Assembly (NCBI RefSeq): GCF_004010195.1
Contig: NC_057720.1
Span: 2,756,343-2,820,342, forward strand
Origin: Chiloscyllium plagiosum
Lineage: Eukaryota
Direction of reading: 5' to 3'
Length of the DNA stretch: 64,000 nt
In this document: piece after piece, positions 40,301-55,300 of the stretch
Layout of the letters: the number at the start of each line of letters is the position of its first letter
Position numbering within the stretch: the first letter of the stretch is position 1
The notes under the pieces: generated by a model
What the model saw: only the letters and a program-made list of their open reading frames with translations
What the model was told of the DNA's origin: nothing
Database searches by the model: none
Position numbers and translations under genes: made by a program

Positions 40301-43300
40301 AGCTATAGAAAATCCCTCATTAATCACCTCATGGAGCTTGTTGAGTATGAAGTCCCATGGTTACAGGCTCTCTGGCTCCCCACCGGAGCCCTTTATAAAA
40401 CAGACCCAGAAATGAATCTGTAGACCAGTCTGTCTCAGGTTGAGACTACCCCATGTACGCCACGAGTGGTGGCTCCCTCTTGGTGTTGAACAATAAACGA
40501 TGTTCCTTTCCAGTCAGGTTTTCCTGAGTTATGACAGAACTGTATCACTATTCCTTCACTGTTGCTGGGGTAACACTGGACAGGATCTCATGAAGGAATC
40601 TGCCACTGGCTGGAGAGCTGCTGAAAGACCCTTGCTGCCTCCTTCAAGGGATGTCCTTTGATCATATTCCCAGTCAAGTCCTGGCAAGCCCACCCAGCAG
40701 CTCTAGACTGGAATTAAGACCCTGGGGTCAGAGGTCCTGTGAGCCAATCAGAGGTTGGCATCTTTTGTGTTAAGTATCGCCATGGGGGAGGGCTGTGCCT
40801 GCTGCTGAAGGGGGTGCCCGATCCCCACCCCCCCCTCCCCTCCCCCCGCCAACCCAGGTCCCAGGATTACTGAGGACCCAAGTCAAAGGTAAGACATTGG
40901 AGGTAGTGTTTCTGGGTAAGAGGGGGGTCAAGGGTGCCGAGAGCAAGGGGTCTCGCTGGACGCTCCTCTGACTGACGTCCAGTCTTTTGATCGGGCTGGG
41001 TCGCAAGAGGTAGTCCCAGCAGAAAGCTGAGGTAATCCCTGCCATAGGAATTAGTTGGAGCCATTGAAGGACTAAAAGGTCACCGTTGGCCTTATTGTTC
41101 CTGTCCTGAGCTTGATCACAGAGGAGGAACAAAAGTTGTAGATCTTGGATAAGCTGGTTCCCCAGACTTGTTGCCAGGATGGTGGGGAGAGACTGGGCAG
41201 CCTGGGCCTTGGGATTCTCTCCAGTTTTGAAGAATGTGAGGGTGACCTCATTGAAACCGATAAGGGATGGACAGGGTGGATGCAGGTAAGATGTACCCTC
41301 TGGTGGAGGGGACATCTGGAATCAGGGGCCACCATTGAATCACATAGGACATGTCATTCAGGCCCAAGATGAGGAAAAATTTGTTTTGCCTGTGAGGGTG
41401 GTGAGGGTTTGGAATTCTGTGCCCTTAGAGAGCTGTGGAAGTTCAGTCTTTGAATGTATTAATAAATATTTGTAGTAGAAAGGGTAACAGAGATAGTATG
41501 GGGATGAAAAGCCTTGGAGCATTTAATCAGTCAGAAAAGACATTCGGATCGGTACCTGACTAGGTAATGTTTAGAGGGATAAGGGCCAAATGCAGGCAAG
41601 TGAAGCTTGTTCAGTTTTGGAATACTGGTCAGCACGGACGAGTTGGACCGAAGGGTCTATTTCCGTGCTGTGTGACTCGCTGATTGTATTTAAAGGCAGA
41701 GCAGGTGTAATGGGCTCGATGGTCTCTGCCTTTCTGATGTTCCACTCTGTCTAAATAACTAGCATTCCAACTCTGAGCTTGCCATCTCTAGGAGCAGACA
41801 TTAAGAATCACCTTCATCCCCTCCCCCACTCACCTATTGTACTCTATGCTACTTTCTCCCCACCCCCACCCTCCTCCAGCTTATCTCTCCACCCTTCAGG
41901 CTCTCTGCCTTTGTTCCTGATGAAGGGCTTTTGCCCGAAACATCGATTTTACTGCTCCTCGGATGCTGCCTGAACTGCTGTTCTCTTCCAGCACCACTAA
42001 TCCAGAAACACTCCCTAGAACCTTACCATTAAGTATACAAGTACTGATAAGATGTGCCTTTCCAAAATGCAGCACTTCACATTTATCTGAATTAAACTCA
42101 ATTTGACACTCCTCAGCCCATTGGCCCATCTGATCAAGATCTCGTTGTACTCCGAGGTATCCTTCTTCAGTGTCCACTACTTCAATTTTAGCAATTATCT
42201 ATATTCTTACTAACCATATCTCCTATGTTCACATCCAAATCATTTATATAAATGACAAAAGCACTGATCCTTATTGCACACTGCTCATCACTTCTGGAGT
42301 CGAGAAGATATACATTGCAAAATAAATGTGGAGCAACTCGCCGTGCTATTCTTCATCCACCCTCCGTACGTATGGGACTGTGTACTTGACATTCATAAAC
42401 TCCCAGAAAGGTGCACAGAATGAACAATTTATAGGCTAATGCCTGGAACTGGTAATCGTGCTATTTTTACAAAATCGGTTGCAGATGTACACCAAAGTCC
42501 CACATCTCCTGATGTATTCGTAAAACTCCACATTTATTCATGCCAAACCTGCCTTGTTAAAATTAGCACAATGCATTCCAAGGATGCAATGTCTTAATTG
42601 TTTATTAATAACAGGCTGAGTTTACTCACACAGGAATCTTGTCTTTTCCTGGAACAAGGTTTAAGGGAAACAGAGAATGAGCTATCAGGAAAGTATAAGC
42701 TTCTCTGAAGTTCAAGCAAATTAACTTAAACTTTGGTTCTCAAGTTTAATGGACTTCATGATATGCAGGAGTTGATAATAGCCACATGGTGGTAGTTAAT
42801 GAATATAATGCAAAACATTTTCAATGTTAGTGCGTGACCATTTTAAGGGTATGGTATGGAAACAGAGTCATTATGTCATTGAACCAATCACAGAATTTTA
42901 CAGTATAGAAGGAGGCCATTCAACCCATCATGTCGGTACTGGCTCCTGAAAGAGCTACCCAGCTCGTCGCTTTCTCTGGCCCAATCTCCATAGCCCTCTA
43001 AATTCATCCCTTTCAAATACCTATCCAGCTCTCTTTTCAACCCTTCTGTGGAATCCAGCTCCTCTACTCTCCCAGACAGCACATTCCAAATCCCAACAAC
43101 TCTTGGTGTAAAGGCATTTCTCCTCATCTCACTCCTAGCTCTCTCATTGCCAAATACTGATATACCAGCTACTGAAAACAGAATATCCTTCATTACCCTG
43201 TCACAATTGTTCAGAATTTTGATCATCTCAATAAAGTCACCTCTTAGCCTTCTCTGCTTGAAGGAAAATAAGCCCAATCTTTGCTTGTATCTGAAATCCC

Positions 43301-46300
43301 TCATTCCAGGGGTCATTCTAATAAATCTCCTTTGAACTCTCTCCAGGGCTTTAACACCCTTCCTTAAATAAGCTGCCCAGAACCGAACACAAAGCATAAT
43401 GATCCATAGACATTAGTTGAAATCTCAACACAGCAGCTGGGGATTTCAATTTAGTTAAAATTAAATGAATAACAGGCTAGTGAAGGTAATGGTAATAATC
43501 ATAGAACATGGCATAGTACAGCACAGAACAGGCCCTTCGGCCCTTGATGTTGTGCTGACCTTTTGTCCTACTTGAAGATCAAACTAACGTAGCTACCATC
43601 CATGTGCCTATCCAAGAGTCGCTTAAATGCCCCTAATGTATCTGACTCTACTACCACAGCTAGCAGTGCATTCCATGCACCCACCACTCTCTGTGTAAAG
43701 AACCGACCTCTGACATCTCCCCAAACCATCCTCCAATCACCTTAAAATTATGCCCCCATGTGGTAGCCATTTCTGCCCTGATTTTTGTTAAAACCCATCT
43801 GTTTCACTAATGTCCTTTAGAGGGGGAAATCCATTGTCTTTACCCAGTCTGGCCTAATGTGACTCCAGACCCACAGCAATGGTGTTCCCTCTTAACTGCC
43901 CTCTAAAATGGTGGCGCAAATAAAACCAAGAACTACAAATGCCAAAGATGTGAAGCAAAAACAGAAATGGCTGGAGAAACTCAGCACGTCTGGCAGCATC
44001 TGTGGAGAGAAACACAGAGTTAACATTTTGAGTCCAGTGACCCTTCTTCCGAACCCGACACAATTTATTACCCACCACCATGTGGTTGTTATCGACTTCT
44101 TCATATGATAAAGTTGTGAAGAGATCTTGTTGGACTCAAATGTTAACTCTGTTAGCTGCCAGACCTGCTGAGTTTCTCCAGCAATTTCTGCTCTTGCTTC
44201 AGCAAGCCACTGAATTGTATTCAAGAAGCTGACTCACGATCAATCTCTCCAGGCCAATTAGGGAAGGGCAATAAATGCCAGCCAAGCCAGCAATGGCCAC
44301 GTCTTGTGAATGAATAAAAGAAGTGGACGGAGAATTTTACAGCTTAGGACCTAGGTAGCTGCAGAGATGGACTGCACAATGGAGAGATTAAAATAGGAAG
44401 TGCTCAGGGGACAGAGATTGGAGGATTACATCTTCGAGGGCTGGAGGAGAGTTGTTACGGTACGGAGGGGAGGCAGAGGCAGTTTGGGGAAAAGGTAAGT
44501 CTTGGAGGATTTGTACAGAGGAATGAGAGTTTTATGACTGAGGCATTACAGGGGCACTGACATTTCACTGCCACTGAAGAAAGCCATCCTGTTTGAGAAT
44601 GCAACAGATTTCCAGTTTTCCCATGGTCAGGTTTTTTTAAATGCTACTTTGGAAAACAACAAACATCATCGACCACTAATTCAGTAAAACAGTTCAGTGC
44701 CTTATTGAACTGCAAGGGATGTGTGGAGCCTGATGTGATTTTTGGTGCTGAAGTGAAATTCTTTGGGAGGTCATTCCCTGGAAATGATTGCAGGAGAAAG
44801 AGGCAGCATGAGGATAATGAATCCAGAATAACAGGCAGAGAATTCCATCGGGAAAATGGAAAGAAGCTGCCATTTTTCTGATCAACTCTCTCAGATTTAT
44901 ATCAAAGTGAGTTCAGCAACAATAGCTCCTTTTGAAGTAAAATGACTTGTATCTGACTTTGTCCCTAACGTTCCACCCAATGGAAATGTGCATGTCCTTT
45001 GCCATCTGACAGTAGCTTGAAAGCAAGAAGCAAAGCAAAAACAAGAGGGAATAAGACTGGAAATATTGTCTGATTTCTCTAAAACAGACATCCACATTCA
45101 CTTAAAAAATGATGGAGTGGTAACTAGTGAGGATCTTAGCCTTAAACCACAAGAGGATACAGATTGGCTGGTCAGAGGCAAATAGAATTTAATTGGGCTA
45201 ATTGTGAGGTGCTGCACTTGGACAGGATGAACAAGACAAGGGAATACATGATCAACAGTAGGATCCTGGAGCACCGTGAATCAGAATGTGCATGTCCATT
45301 GGCCCCTTATGATAATGTGACAGGTAGAAAAAGTGTTTAAGAAGGCGTATGGGATATTTGTCTCTTCTAGCTGAGGCATAAAGTTTAAGAGCAAGGAAGC
45401 CATGTGAAACTGTATAAAACATTGGTTAAGCCACAGCTAATGTACAGTGTGTAGTTCTGGAATCCATATTATAAGAAGGGTGTGATAGCACTGGAGAGGA
45501 AGCAGAGGAGGTCATTGCTTGGGATGGAGAGTCTCAGTGATGGAGAGAGATTGGATAGACTGGGGTTAGTTTCCTTAGAGCAGAGCAGACCAAGAGGGGA
45601 CGTGATTGAGATGGAGAACATCATGAGGGACATAGATAGGGTAGACAGGAAGAAACGTCTCCCTTTGATGGAGGGATCAATGACCCGGGGACAGAGATTG
45701 AAATTTTCCCATTGTTTTCAGAATTGGAGAGGGGTAGGTGGACCTGAAATGTTAACTCTGATTTCTCTGCACAGATACTGGCAGACCTGCTGAGCTTTTC
45801 CAGCAATTTCCGCTTCTGTTTCTGATTTCCATTATCCACAATTCTCGAGGGTGATTTTTCACCAGATTGATATTTGGAATGAGTGGGTTGTCTCATGAGG
45901 AAAGGATGGTCAGACTGGGCTTCTCTCCAGTGGAGTTTAGGGGAGTAATCAGCAATGTAATGAAACCATAAAAACCCTAAGGGGACTTAACCGGGAGGAT
46001 GTGCAAAGGATGTTTCCTCTTGTGGGAGAGTCTAAAACCAGAGTCACTTTTGAAATAGAGATGAGTTTTTTTGTCTCACAGAAGATTATGAGTCTTTGTT
46101 CCTCAAAAGATAGTGAAATCAGAGACTTTGGTAGATTCTTGATAAGCAAGAGTGTGAAAGGTCATCAGAGGTAGGCAAGAATTTGGCTTTGAGCTGACAT
46201 CCAAGATCTTCATTTTTCATTCATCCATGAGATATGGGTGTTGATGACTAGGCCAGCATTTATTGCCCCAGAGGGCAGTTAAGAGTCAACCCCATTGCTG

Positions 46301-49300
46301 TGGGTCTGGAGTCACATGTAGGCCAGACCAGGTCAGGATGGCAGTTTCCTTCCCTAACGGACATTAGTGAACCAGATGGGTTTTTCCAACATTGGGTTAA
46401 TGGTCAACATTAGACTCTTAATTCTAGATTTTTATTGAATTCAAATCCCACTATCTGATGTGGCAGGGTTTGAATCCAGGTCCCCAAAACATTACGAGGA
46501 TCTCTTGATTAACAGTGCAGCAATAATACCACTAGACCATTGCCTCCCCGAATTAGAACTGCTCTTGTTAAGTGGTGCAGCTGGCTTAAGGGGTTGAATA
46601 CCTTGTTCATGTTCCTACTGAGGTGTCCTATTGTCTCTGTGGCCAAAACACAAAGTTCTCCTTGGTCTCTTTGGGAACCATTGCACGGTTAGTCAAGCAA
46701 TTGGCAAAGAAACACCAATCTGAAACACACAACCTTTGAAGGCATTGGAAGCAAATTGAATAATATTTATTGATATGGAATTAGATCAATGTTTGGAAGA
46801 GGGTGAGATTCTGGGATTCATGCCTGAAGCAAAAAAAAGGCAAAAAAAAGGCAGTTGATTGTAAGTAATTTTTGGCTAGTTTATTAGAATTAGAATTAGA
46901 AACAGGGAGATAATGGACGTGAATGGGTGGCTGGGGAACTGGTGCAGGAAGCAAGGATTTAAATTCTTATGTCACTGGGGTATGTTTTGTGGTAAGCATA
47001 AATTCTACAAGAGAGACAGTTTGCACCTTAATAGGTTAGGGACCAGCATTCTGGCAGGCAGGGTTTCTACTGCAACACCGCTACATTTAAACTAAGTAGC
47101 GGGGGGAGGGGACAAACTGGATGTTTAAGAAGGAAATTGGAGGGAAAGTTAGAACAAGGGAAGTCAAGAAAGACAACTGTATCAATGAGGCAGAAAACTC
47201 GGAAAGGGATCATGCTGTAAGGTTGAGTGAAATAGGAGTTGATGGGAAGTAACAAATTAAACATACTATACATGAATGCATGAAGCATTAGAAATAAGAT
47301 GGATGAGCTTGAGGCTTTTTTGGAAATTGGCAGATACGATATTGTGGGGATAACTGAGATGTGGCTTCAAGTGGACAGGGCCTGGGAAATGAACATTCAA
47401 GGCTACATGTGCTTTCGTAAGGACAGACTGACGGACAGAGTGGGGTGGGGTGGCCATGTTGGTAAGGGATGATATTCAGTCCCTTGCGCGGGGGGACCTA
47501 GAATCAGAGGATGTAGAGTCAGTGTGGATAGAGCTGAGAAATACTAAGGGTAAAAAGACCCTCTTGGGAGTTATCTACAGGCTCCCAAACAGTAGTCTGG
47601 ATGTCGGATGTAAGTTGATTCAGGAGCTGAAATTGACCTGTCGCAAAGATGTTACTACAGTTGTTATGGGGGATTTCAACATGCAAGTAGACTGGGAGAA
47701 TTAGGATGGTATTGGACCTCAAGAAAGAGACTTTGTGGAGTGCCTCAGAGATGGATTCTTAGAACAGCTGGTGCTGGAGCCTAGCAGGGAGAAGGCAATT
47801 CTGGATCTGGTATTGTGCAACGAACCAGAATTGATCAGTGACCTTGAAGTGAAGGAGCCATTGGGAAGTAGTGACCATAATACAATATGCTTCAATCTGC
47901 AATTTGAGAGGGAGAGGGTACAATCGGAGTGACAATTTTACAGTTGAATAAAGGGAACTATAGAGCTATGAGGGAGGACCTGGCCAAAGTTCAATGGTGC
48001 AATACCTTAGCAGGGATGACAGTGGAGGAACAATGGCAGATATTTCTGTGTATAATGCAGAAGATGCAGGATCAGTTCATTCCAAAAAGGAAGAAAGATC
48101 CTATGAGGAGGCAGGGGTGGCCGTGGCTGACGAGGGAAGTTAAGAAACATATAAAGTCAAAAGAGAAAAAGTATAACATAGCAAAGATAGGTGGGAAAAC
48201 GGAGGACTGGGAAGCTATTAAAGAACAACAGAGGATTACTAAGAAGGAAATACACAGNNNNNNNNNNNNNNNNNNNNNNNNNNNNNNNNNNNNNNNNNNN
48301 NNNNNNNNNNNNNNNNNNNNNNNNNNNNNNNNNNNNNNNNNNNNNNNNNNNNNNNNNNNNNNNNNNNNNNNNNNNNNNNNNNNNNNNNNNNNNNNNNNNN
48401 NNNNNNNNNNNNNNNNNNNNNNNNNNNNNNNNNNNNNNNNNNNNNNNNNNNNNNNNNNNNNNNNNNNNNNNNNNNNNNNNNNNNNNNNNNNNNNNNNNNN
48501 NNNNNNNNNNNNNNNNNNNNNNNNNNNNNNNNNNNNNNNNNNNNNNNNATTTTCCAGAGTTCGATTGATTCGGGATCAGTTCCTGCGGATTGGAGGGTGG
48601 CTGATGTTGTACCACTTTTTAAGAAAGGTGGGAGAGGGAAAGCAGGAAATTATAGACCAGTTAGTCCGACTTCAGTGGTGGGAAAGATGCTGGAGTCTAT
48701 TATAAAGGATGAAATTACTGCACATCTGGATAGTAGTAACAGGATAGGTCAGAGTCTGCATGGATTTATGAAGGGGAAATCATGCTTGACTTATCTTCTG
48801 GAATTTTTTGAGGATGTAACTCTGAAGATGGACGAGGGCGATTCAGTAGATGTAGTGTACCTGGACTTTCAGAAAGCTTTTGATAAAGTCCCACATAGGA
48901 GGATAGTAAGCAAAATTAGGGTTCATGGTATTGGGGGCAAAGTACTGACTTGGATTGAAAATTGGTTGGCTGATAGGAAACAAAGGGTAGTGATAAATGG
49001 CTCCCGTGTGGAATGGCATGCGTGACCAGTGGGGTACCGCAGGGATCCGTGCTGGGACCGCAGCTTTTTACAATATATGTTAATGACGTAGAAGATGGTA
49101 TTAGTAATAACATTAGCAAATTTGCTGATGATACTAAGCTGGGTGGCAGGGTGAAATGTGATGAGGATGTTAGGAGATTACAGGGTGACCTGGACAAGTT
49201 AGGTGAGTGGTCAGATGCACAGCAGGTGCAGTTTAATGTGGATAAATGTATGGTTATCCACTTTGGTGGCAAGAACAGGAAGGCAGATTACTACCTAAAT

Positions 49301-52300
49301 GGAATCAATTAGGTAAAGAGGCAGTACAGAGAGATCTGAGTGTTCTTGTATACCAGTCAATGAAGGTAAGCATGCAGGTACAGCAGGTAGTGAAGAAGGC
49401 TAATAGCATGCTGGCCTTCATAACAAGAGGGATTGAGTATAGAAGCAAAGGGGTTCTTCTGCAGCTGTACAGGGCCCTGGTGAGACCACACCTGGAGTAC
49501 TGTGTGCAGTTCTGGTCTCCAGATTTGAGGAAAGACATTCTGGCTGTTGAGGGAGTGCAGTGGAGGTTCATGAGGTCAATTACTGGAATGGCAGGACTAC
49601 CTTACAGTTCATGAGGTCAATTACTGGAATGGCAGGACTACCTTACACTGAAAGATTGGAGCAGCTGGGCTTGTATACCCTTGAGTTTAGAAGACTGAGA
49701 GGGGATCTGATTGAGACATATAAGATTATTAAAGGATTGGACACTCTGGCAGCAGGAAACATGTTTCCGCTGTTGGGTGAGTGCCGAACCAGAGGACAAA
49801 GCTTAAAGATACGGGGTGGATCATTTAGGACAGAGATGAGGAGAAACTTCTTCACCCAGAGAGTGGTGGCTGTGTGGAATGCTCTGCCCCAGAGGGCAGT
49901 GGAGGCCCAGTCTCTGGATTCATTTAAGAAAGAGTTGGATAGAGCTCTCAAGGATTGTGGAATCAAGGGTTATGGAGATAAGGCAGGAACAGGATACTGA
50001 TTAAGGATGATCAGCCATGATCATATTGAATGGTGGTGCAGGCTCAAAGGGCAGAATGGCCTACTCCTGCACCTGTTGTCTATTGTCTATTGAATATTCA
50101 TTTTCCAGGCCCTGATAGGAAAAGATTAGAAGAATATCGGCCAAGTGTAGGGAAATGGGGTTAGCGTGGATGGACATTTTGGTCGGCCTGGTCCAGTTTG
50201 GGCCGAAGGGCCTCTCTCTCTGCTGTAGAACTCTGTGACTCTGTCTGAAGAAATCCCTCCCCATCTCAATTCCAAAGGGTCATCCCTTCATTCTGAGGCT
50301 GTTTGCTTGGGTTCGAGTCTCTCCTGCTAGAGGACTCAGCTTCTCCATGTTCCTTCCACTGAGGTCTTCCTAACTATTGTACAAGTTTCAATCAGATGCC
50401 CCCTCATCCTTCTAAACTCCACCGAGTACAGACCCAGAGTCCTCAACTGCTCCTCATATGACAAGCCCATCATCCCCGAGATCATTCTTGTAAACTGTTT
50501 TTTTGTTAGTAGGAACAGGAACACTGGGTAGCTTGGTTGGCAGGATGACTGGTTAGTGATGCTAATAGCATGGGTTCAATTCCCACACTGGCTGAGGTTA
50601 GGGTGAAGGTCCCACCTTCTTCAACCTCTGTCCTTACCTGAGGTATGGTCAAAAATCACATGATGCCAGGTTACGGTGCTATGGGTTTATTTGAAAATTT
50701 TAGCTTTTGGAGCACTGCCTCTTTGGGTGCTCACAGCACTCTGAAAGCTCGTGTTTTCAAATAAACCCATTGGTCTATAGCCTGGTGTTGCGTGATTTTT
50801 GACCTTGTCCAACCCAGTCTGACACCAGCACCTCCACGTCATGGCTACATGCAGCATGGTGACCCTCAGGTTAAACCATCACCAGTGCTCTCTCTGTCTC
50901 TGTCTCTGTCTCTCTCCCTCTGTCTCTAATAAGACAGCAGCCGATGACACTGTGGTACTTTAATGAGTTTCATTAGTCGCCACAATGTGGAAAATGCCAG
51001 CTTATACGTGGCTCAATTTTTTTACAAGATAAATTCTTCTGGGACTCTGCAGGAGAAAGCTGCAGAAAATGGGACTTCTTTCAGAGCTAGCACAAACATG
51101 ATGGGTCCAAAGGTCTGTCCAAGGCTGTGCAGCCCTCTGCCCTGAATCTATGGTTAGGTTAATATCACACAGACAGGGTGTTTAAACTTAATATCCATAA
51201 GGTTAAAAGGAAGAAAAACATTTGTGGATGGCTTAGGGAAATATTTGCTTTGTATATTTCTCACACATGTGTGCCATTGTGTTTATGTTACATTTAAAAG
51301 AAATAGAGCTTGAAATTTAACTACTTCCAGATCTTTTTCAAATCATTCCAGAACTTTTGATAATTTGAACACATCGTCCTCAGTTCCTCAGCCACTGGGG
51401 GAGCTGGACAAACGCTGGATTTGAATTTTCGCTGGCGAGGTTGTGTCCTTTGGCTGAAATTTCGTTTTGATTTCCATCTGATCAGCAGAGCTGAGTCAAA
51501 TCAGATTTGGGGCATGTGGAGGTGACCCGGCTGACTTGTGGCAGTGTGACGTTAGAGACTGTGCATGTTCAGCCTGATTCAGGCTGATGCCAGTGCGTAA
51601 CAGAACAGAACCATATGGCCCCCAACCTGTTCAATCAAGTGGTGCACTTCAACGTATTTTGTTTAAAAATTACTTTGCTGAAATCATACAACCAAGAGGA
51701 GGCCATTCAGCCCCTCAAGCCTAGTCTGTCATTTGAAAAGAATTCATATGTTGACCTGGGACTTAACTCTTATCTAGAGACCCTGATACAAAAATGTTTT
51801 AACCTTAATCAAAAACAGAAACTACTGGTGAAACTCAGCAGGTCTGACAACCTCTGTGGAAAGAAAGCAGAGTTAACATTTCAAGTCCAGTCACTCCTCT
51901 TCGGAACTGTCGCATTTGTGCTGAAGACAAAGTTGGGGAAGGGGAGGGATGAGCAGATAGGTGGAGACATAGCCCAGAAAGGTATATATAAAGGGGAAGG
52001 TAAACACAGATGGCAGGACAGGACTGAAGAAAAACTGAAGGAGTGATAATAAGAGCTAAGCTTAGGAGAGAATGGGTGAGCTGTACTGAAAGCAATTGAT
52101 GTAATGTGATAATGGGCCTTGGAGCACGTGGGAATAAGTAACTGTGCTAAAACCAACCCATTTCATAACAGGACCAGGTTACAATCTTTGTTCAAGATAT
52201 TCCATTTGCTTCCAAATCAATCACTTTTTTTTTGACAGAACAGAATCAGAAATTGCTAGAAAAGCTCAGCAGGTCTGGCAGCATCTGTGGAGAGAAATCA

Positions 52301-55300
52301 GAGTTAACGTTTCAGGTTGAGTGACCCTTCCTCAGTTCTGATTTCTTTGAGAAGTGATAGCTCTACTTTCTGTCCACAGATGCTGTCAGACCAGCTGAGC
52401 TTTTATTCTGATTTGCAGCATCTGCAATTCTTTTGGTTTTTACTTTTGACGGAGACAGTTCCACAAACGGGTGGGGGAATGATTTCTGACAACCCCCTGA
52501 ATGGCCTGGCTGGAAGTGGAAGGTTCCGCAACTCCCACCCCCCGACCCGACCAATTCTCTCAGCTAAAGGGAAACCAAAGCTAGGCTGTACAAACTGTCC
52601 TCTTAAATTACCTGGAATTTAATCTTCTGGTGAGACTTTCAGTGAAGACCTCGAAATGAACGGTATTATTGATTGATTGATTTTAATGTTACATGTTTCT
52701 CTGTCTTTTCCAGGGCTTTCCAGGGGACATTGGCTTACCAGGCCCTAATGGACCACAAGGTACAAAGGTACGTTAGCAGGTGAAATATTGGACCAGTTAT
52801 TCCAGAGAAACTGAGAACGTTGGAGGTGCTAAAAGGTCAGGCAGTTTGAGAGAGAAAGAGATAAAGTGTGTTATTGTACATTGTGCTGTCAGCAGTGTTG
52901 GAAATGGGAGAGCAGGTAAAATACCACCATCGACAGAGCCAGCCTGATCCCGCAAACCAGAGTGGGATGGCAGCAGTAGGTATTGTGCCATTCTGAGCTC
53001 TTTAGATTTCTTTTAAATTCATTCTTTGGGTGTGACAGACTAGGCCAGTGTAGGAGTGATCTCTCGGAGGCAATAAACTTCAGGAGACAGCAGAGTTTGG
53101 GCACATGGTAGTTTATTGAAGCAGTCACTGGTATAAAGACTATCCCATTCGATGGTTCAATGTGGGGGCTCAATCACCCCCTTAATCTTTGGCTCAGATT
53201 GGAAGAATGATGCTCTGATCCTAACACAAGCAAATTTTCTTTTATACATTTTCTTGTCGCTTTAACATGGTAGTACATACTCCCTCTCCCTGTATACTAT
53301 TGGTTAATTAGTGCTGGGCTTTTCAACTATGATTGGGGTTTTCTGTATGAGTAATTTCTTGTTTCTGTGATCTCATTGGGCTATTTTAGGCCATTGGGTC
53401 AAGTTGAACTTTGCATGGTTACCAGTGACCCCCATCGCTCTCTGTGACATCTGTGTCTGTTCATTCAACTAGCTACTGTCCGTTTTAAGAGATAATCTTA
53501 GAATCCCCAGTGTGGAAATAGGCCCTTCAGCCCAACAGGTCCACACCGACCCTCCAAGGAGTAATCCACCCAAACCTAATCCCAATTCCCCTACATTTAC
53601 CCCTGATTAATGCACCTAACCTACACATTCCTGAATACTTTAGCATGGCCAATTCATCTAACCTGCACATCTTTAGACTGTGGGAGGAAACCGAAGGAAC
53701 CCACACAAACATGGAGAAAACATGCAAACTGCACACAGTCTTCTGAGGCTGGAATCAAACTCGGGTCCCTGGCTCTGTGAGGCAGCAGCGCTAACCACTG
53801 AGCCACCATGTTGCCCTTTTCCAATACTTGTAATTAGATTTAAACTCTTTTTTTAATGATTTATATCTGTATATGTGTGTGTGTGTTAAATCTATAATTT
53901 ATTTGAAAACTGTATCTATGATTATCTTGAAGAATCTTTATTAAAACTTACACATAAGATTGATGAGAAAAATCTTAAGAGAAACAACAAATCAGCGTGA
54001 AATATCCATAACTGAGGATCGCAGTTTCATATTGTAAATCCAGTCTCACAGACAGACAACTACTGTCCTCTCATGCCGAGAGTACAGGGTTTTCCCACAC
54101 TCCCTAATTTTTGTTAAACACAAACTTGTTGGGATTTTTGTCAGCCATTTTATACTGCTTTGTCATGGGTGGCCCTGACTGCTAGCATTGATTGCTCATC
54201 CCTAATTGTCCAGAGGGAGCATGGAATCATATGTAGGCCAGACTGGGTAAGGATGGCAGATTCCCTTCTCTGAAGGACACTAGCAAACCAGGTTTTGCCT
54301 GACAATTATTTTGTGGCCATCATTAGTTAATTCCAGATTAGTATTTTTATTCAATTCAAACTTGACCATCTGCCATGGTTGGATTTGAACCTGCGTCCCC
54401 GGTTCATTGGTGATCCCTCTGGATTAATAGCACAGTAACCATATCACTAGGCCACACCTCCCCTTTACCTTCTTTGATGTGGGTCAGCATTTATCTGGTG
54501 GCAGAAGAGGCTACCAACACAGCAGGCATCATTGTATGGGTCCCTAACTGGGCATCTGGGTCTATCAGAAACACCACTTCCCCTGCCCCCCCTCACCGCA
54601 TTCCCCCAAAGGTGTAAGGTGACAGGTCGGTGTGAGGCAGGTGGAGGTCAGATGCCCATGTGGTGTGAGTTTCAATGGCAGATTAAGTCCAAAGGGACCT
54701 CCTCTTGTTCCTACTTCCTATGTTTCAAAGGCTTCCTGAATCATTCAACCATACAAAACACAAATACAAGATGCTTAATTCCTTAAGTTTCTCTTATGTA
54801 GCAGTCAGTCTGAAGTAAGTATAATTTTGGCTAAATCTGATGGACTTTCTTTTGATTTTTTTTTCTGTGTGTGTGTATACCCACATGTGTATGTGTGTGT
54901 GTGTGTGTACCCGCATGTGCGTGTGTACCCGCGCGTGTGTGTGTGTGTGTACCCGCATGTGTGTGTGTGTATATATACCATGTGTTTGTGTGTGTATGCG
55001 TGTGTGTACCTGCATGTGTGTGTGTGTGTACCTGCATGTGCGTGTGTACCCGCATGTGTGTGTGTACCTGCATATGTGTGCGTGCATATACCACGTGTTT
55101 GTGTGTGTGTATACATGTGTGTATACATGTGTATGTGTATACTTGTGTCTGTATACGTGTGTGTATACCACATGTTTGTGTGTGTGTGTATACGTGTGTG
55201 TATATATCACGTGTTTGTGTGTGTATATACCACATGTTTGTGTGTGTGTATACATGTGTGTGTATATATACCACATGTTTGTGTGTGTGTATACATGTGT

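Noticed and set aside
40770..41315. 181-aa minus-strand ORF
   Set aside because: No recognisable domain; overlaps degraded CR1 and low-complexity sequence.
49566..49647. 41-bp exact tandem duplication as a functional element
   Set aside because: Simple frameshifting duplication in a dead CR1; could also be an assembly slip.
51615..52046. 143-aa ORF (and 58535..58930, 131 aa)
   Set aside because: No domain signal; the first crosses repeat fragments; both are consistent with chance ORFs in introns.
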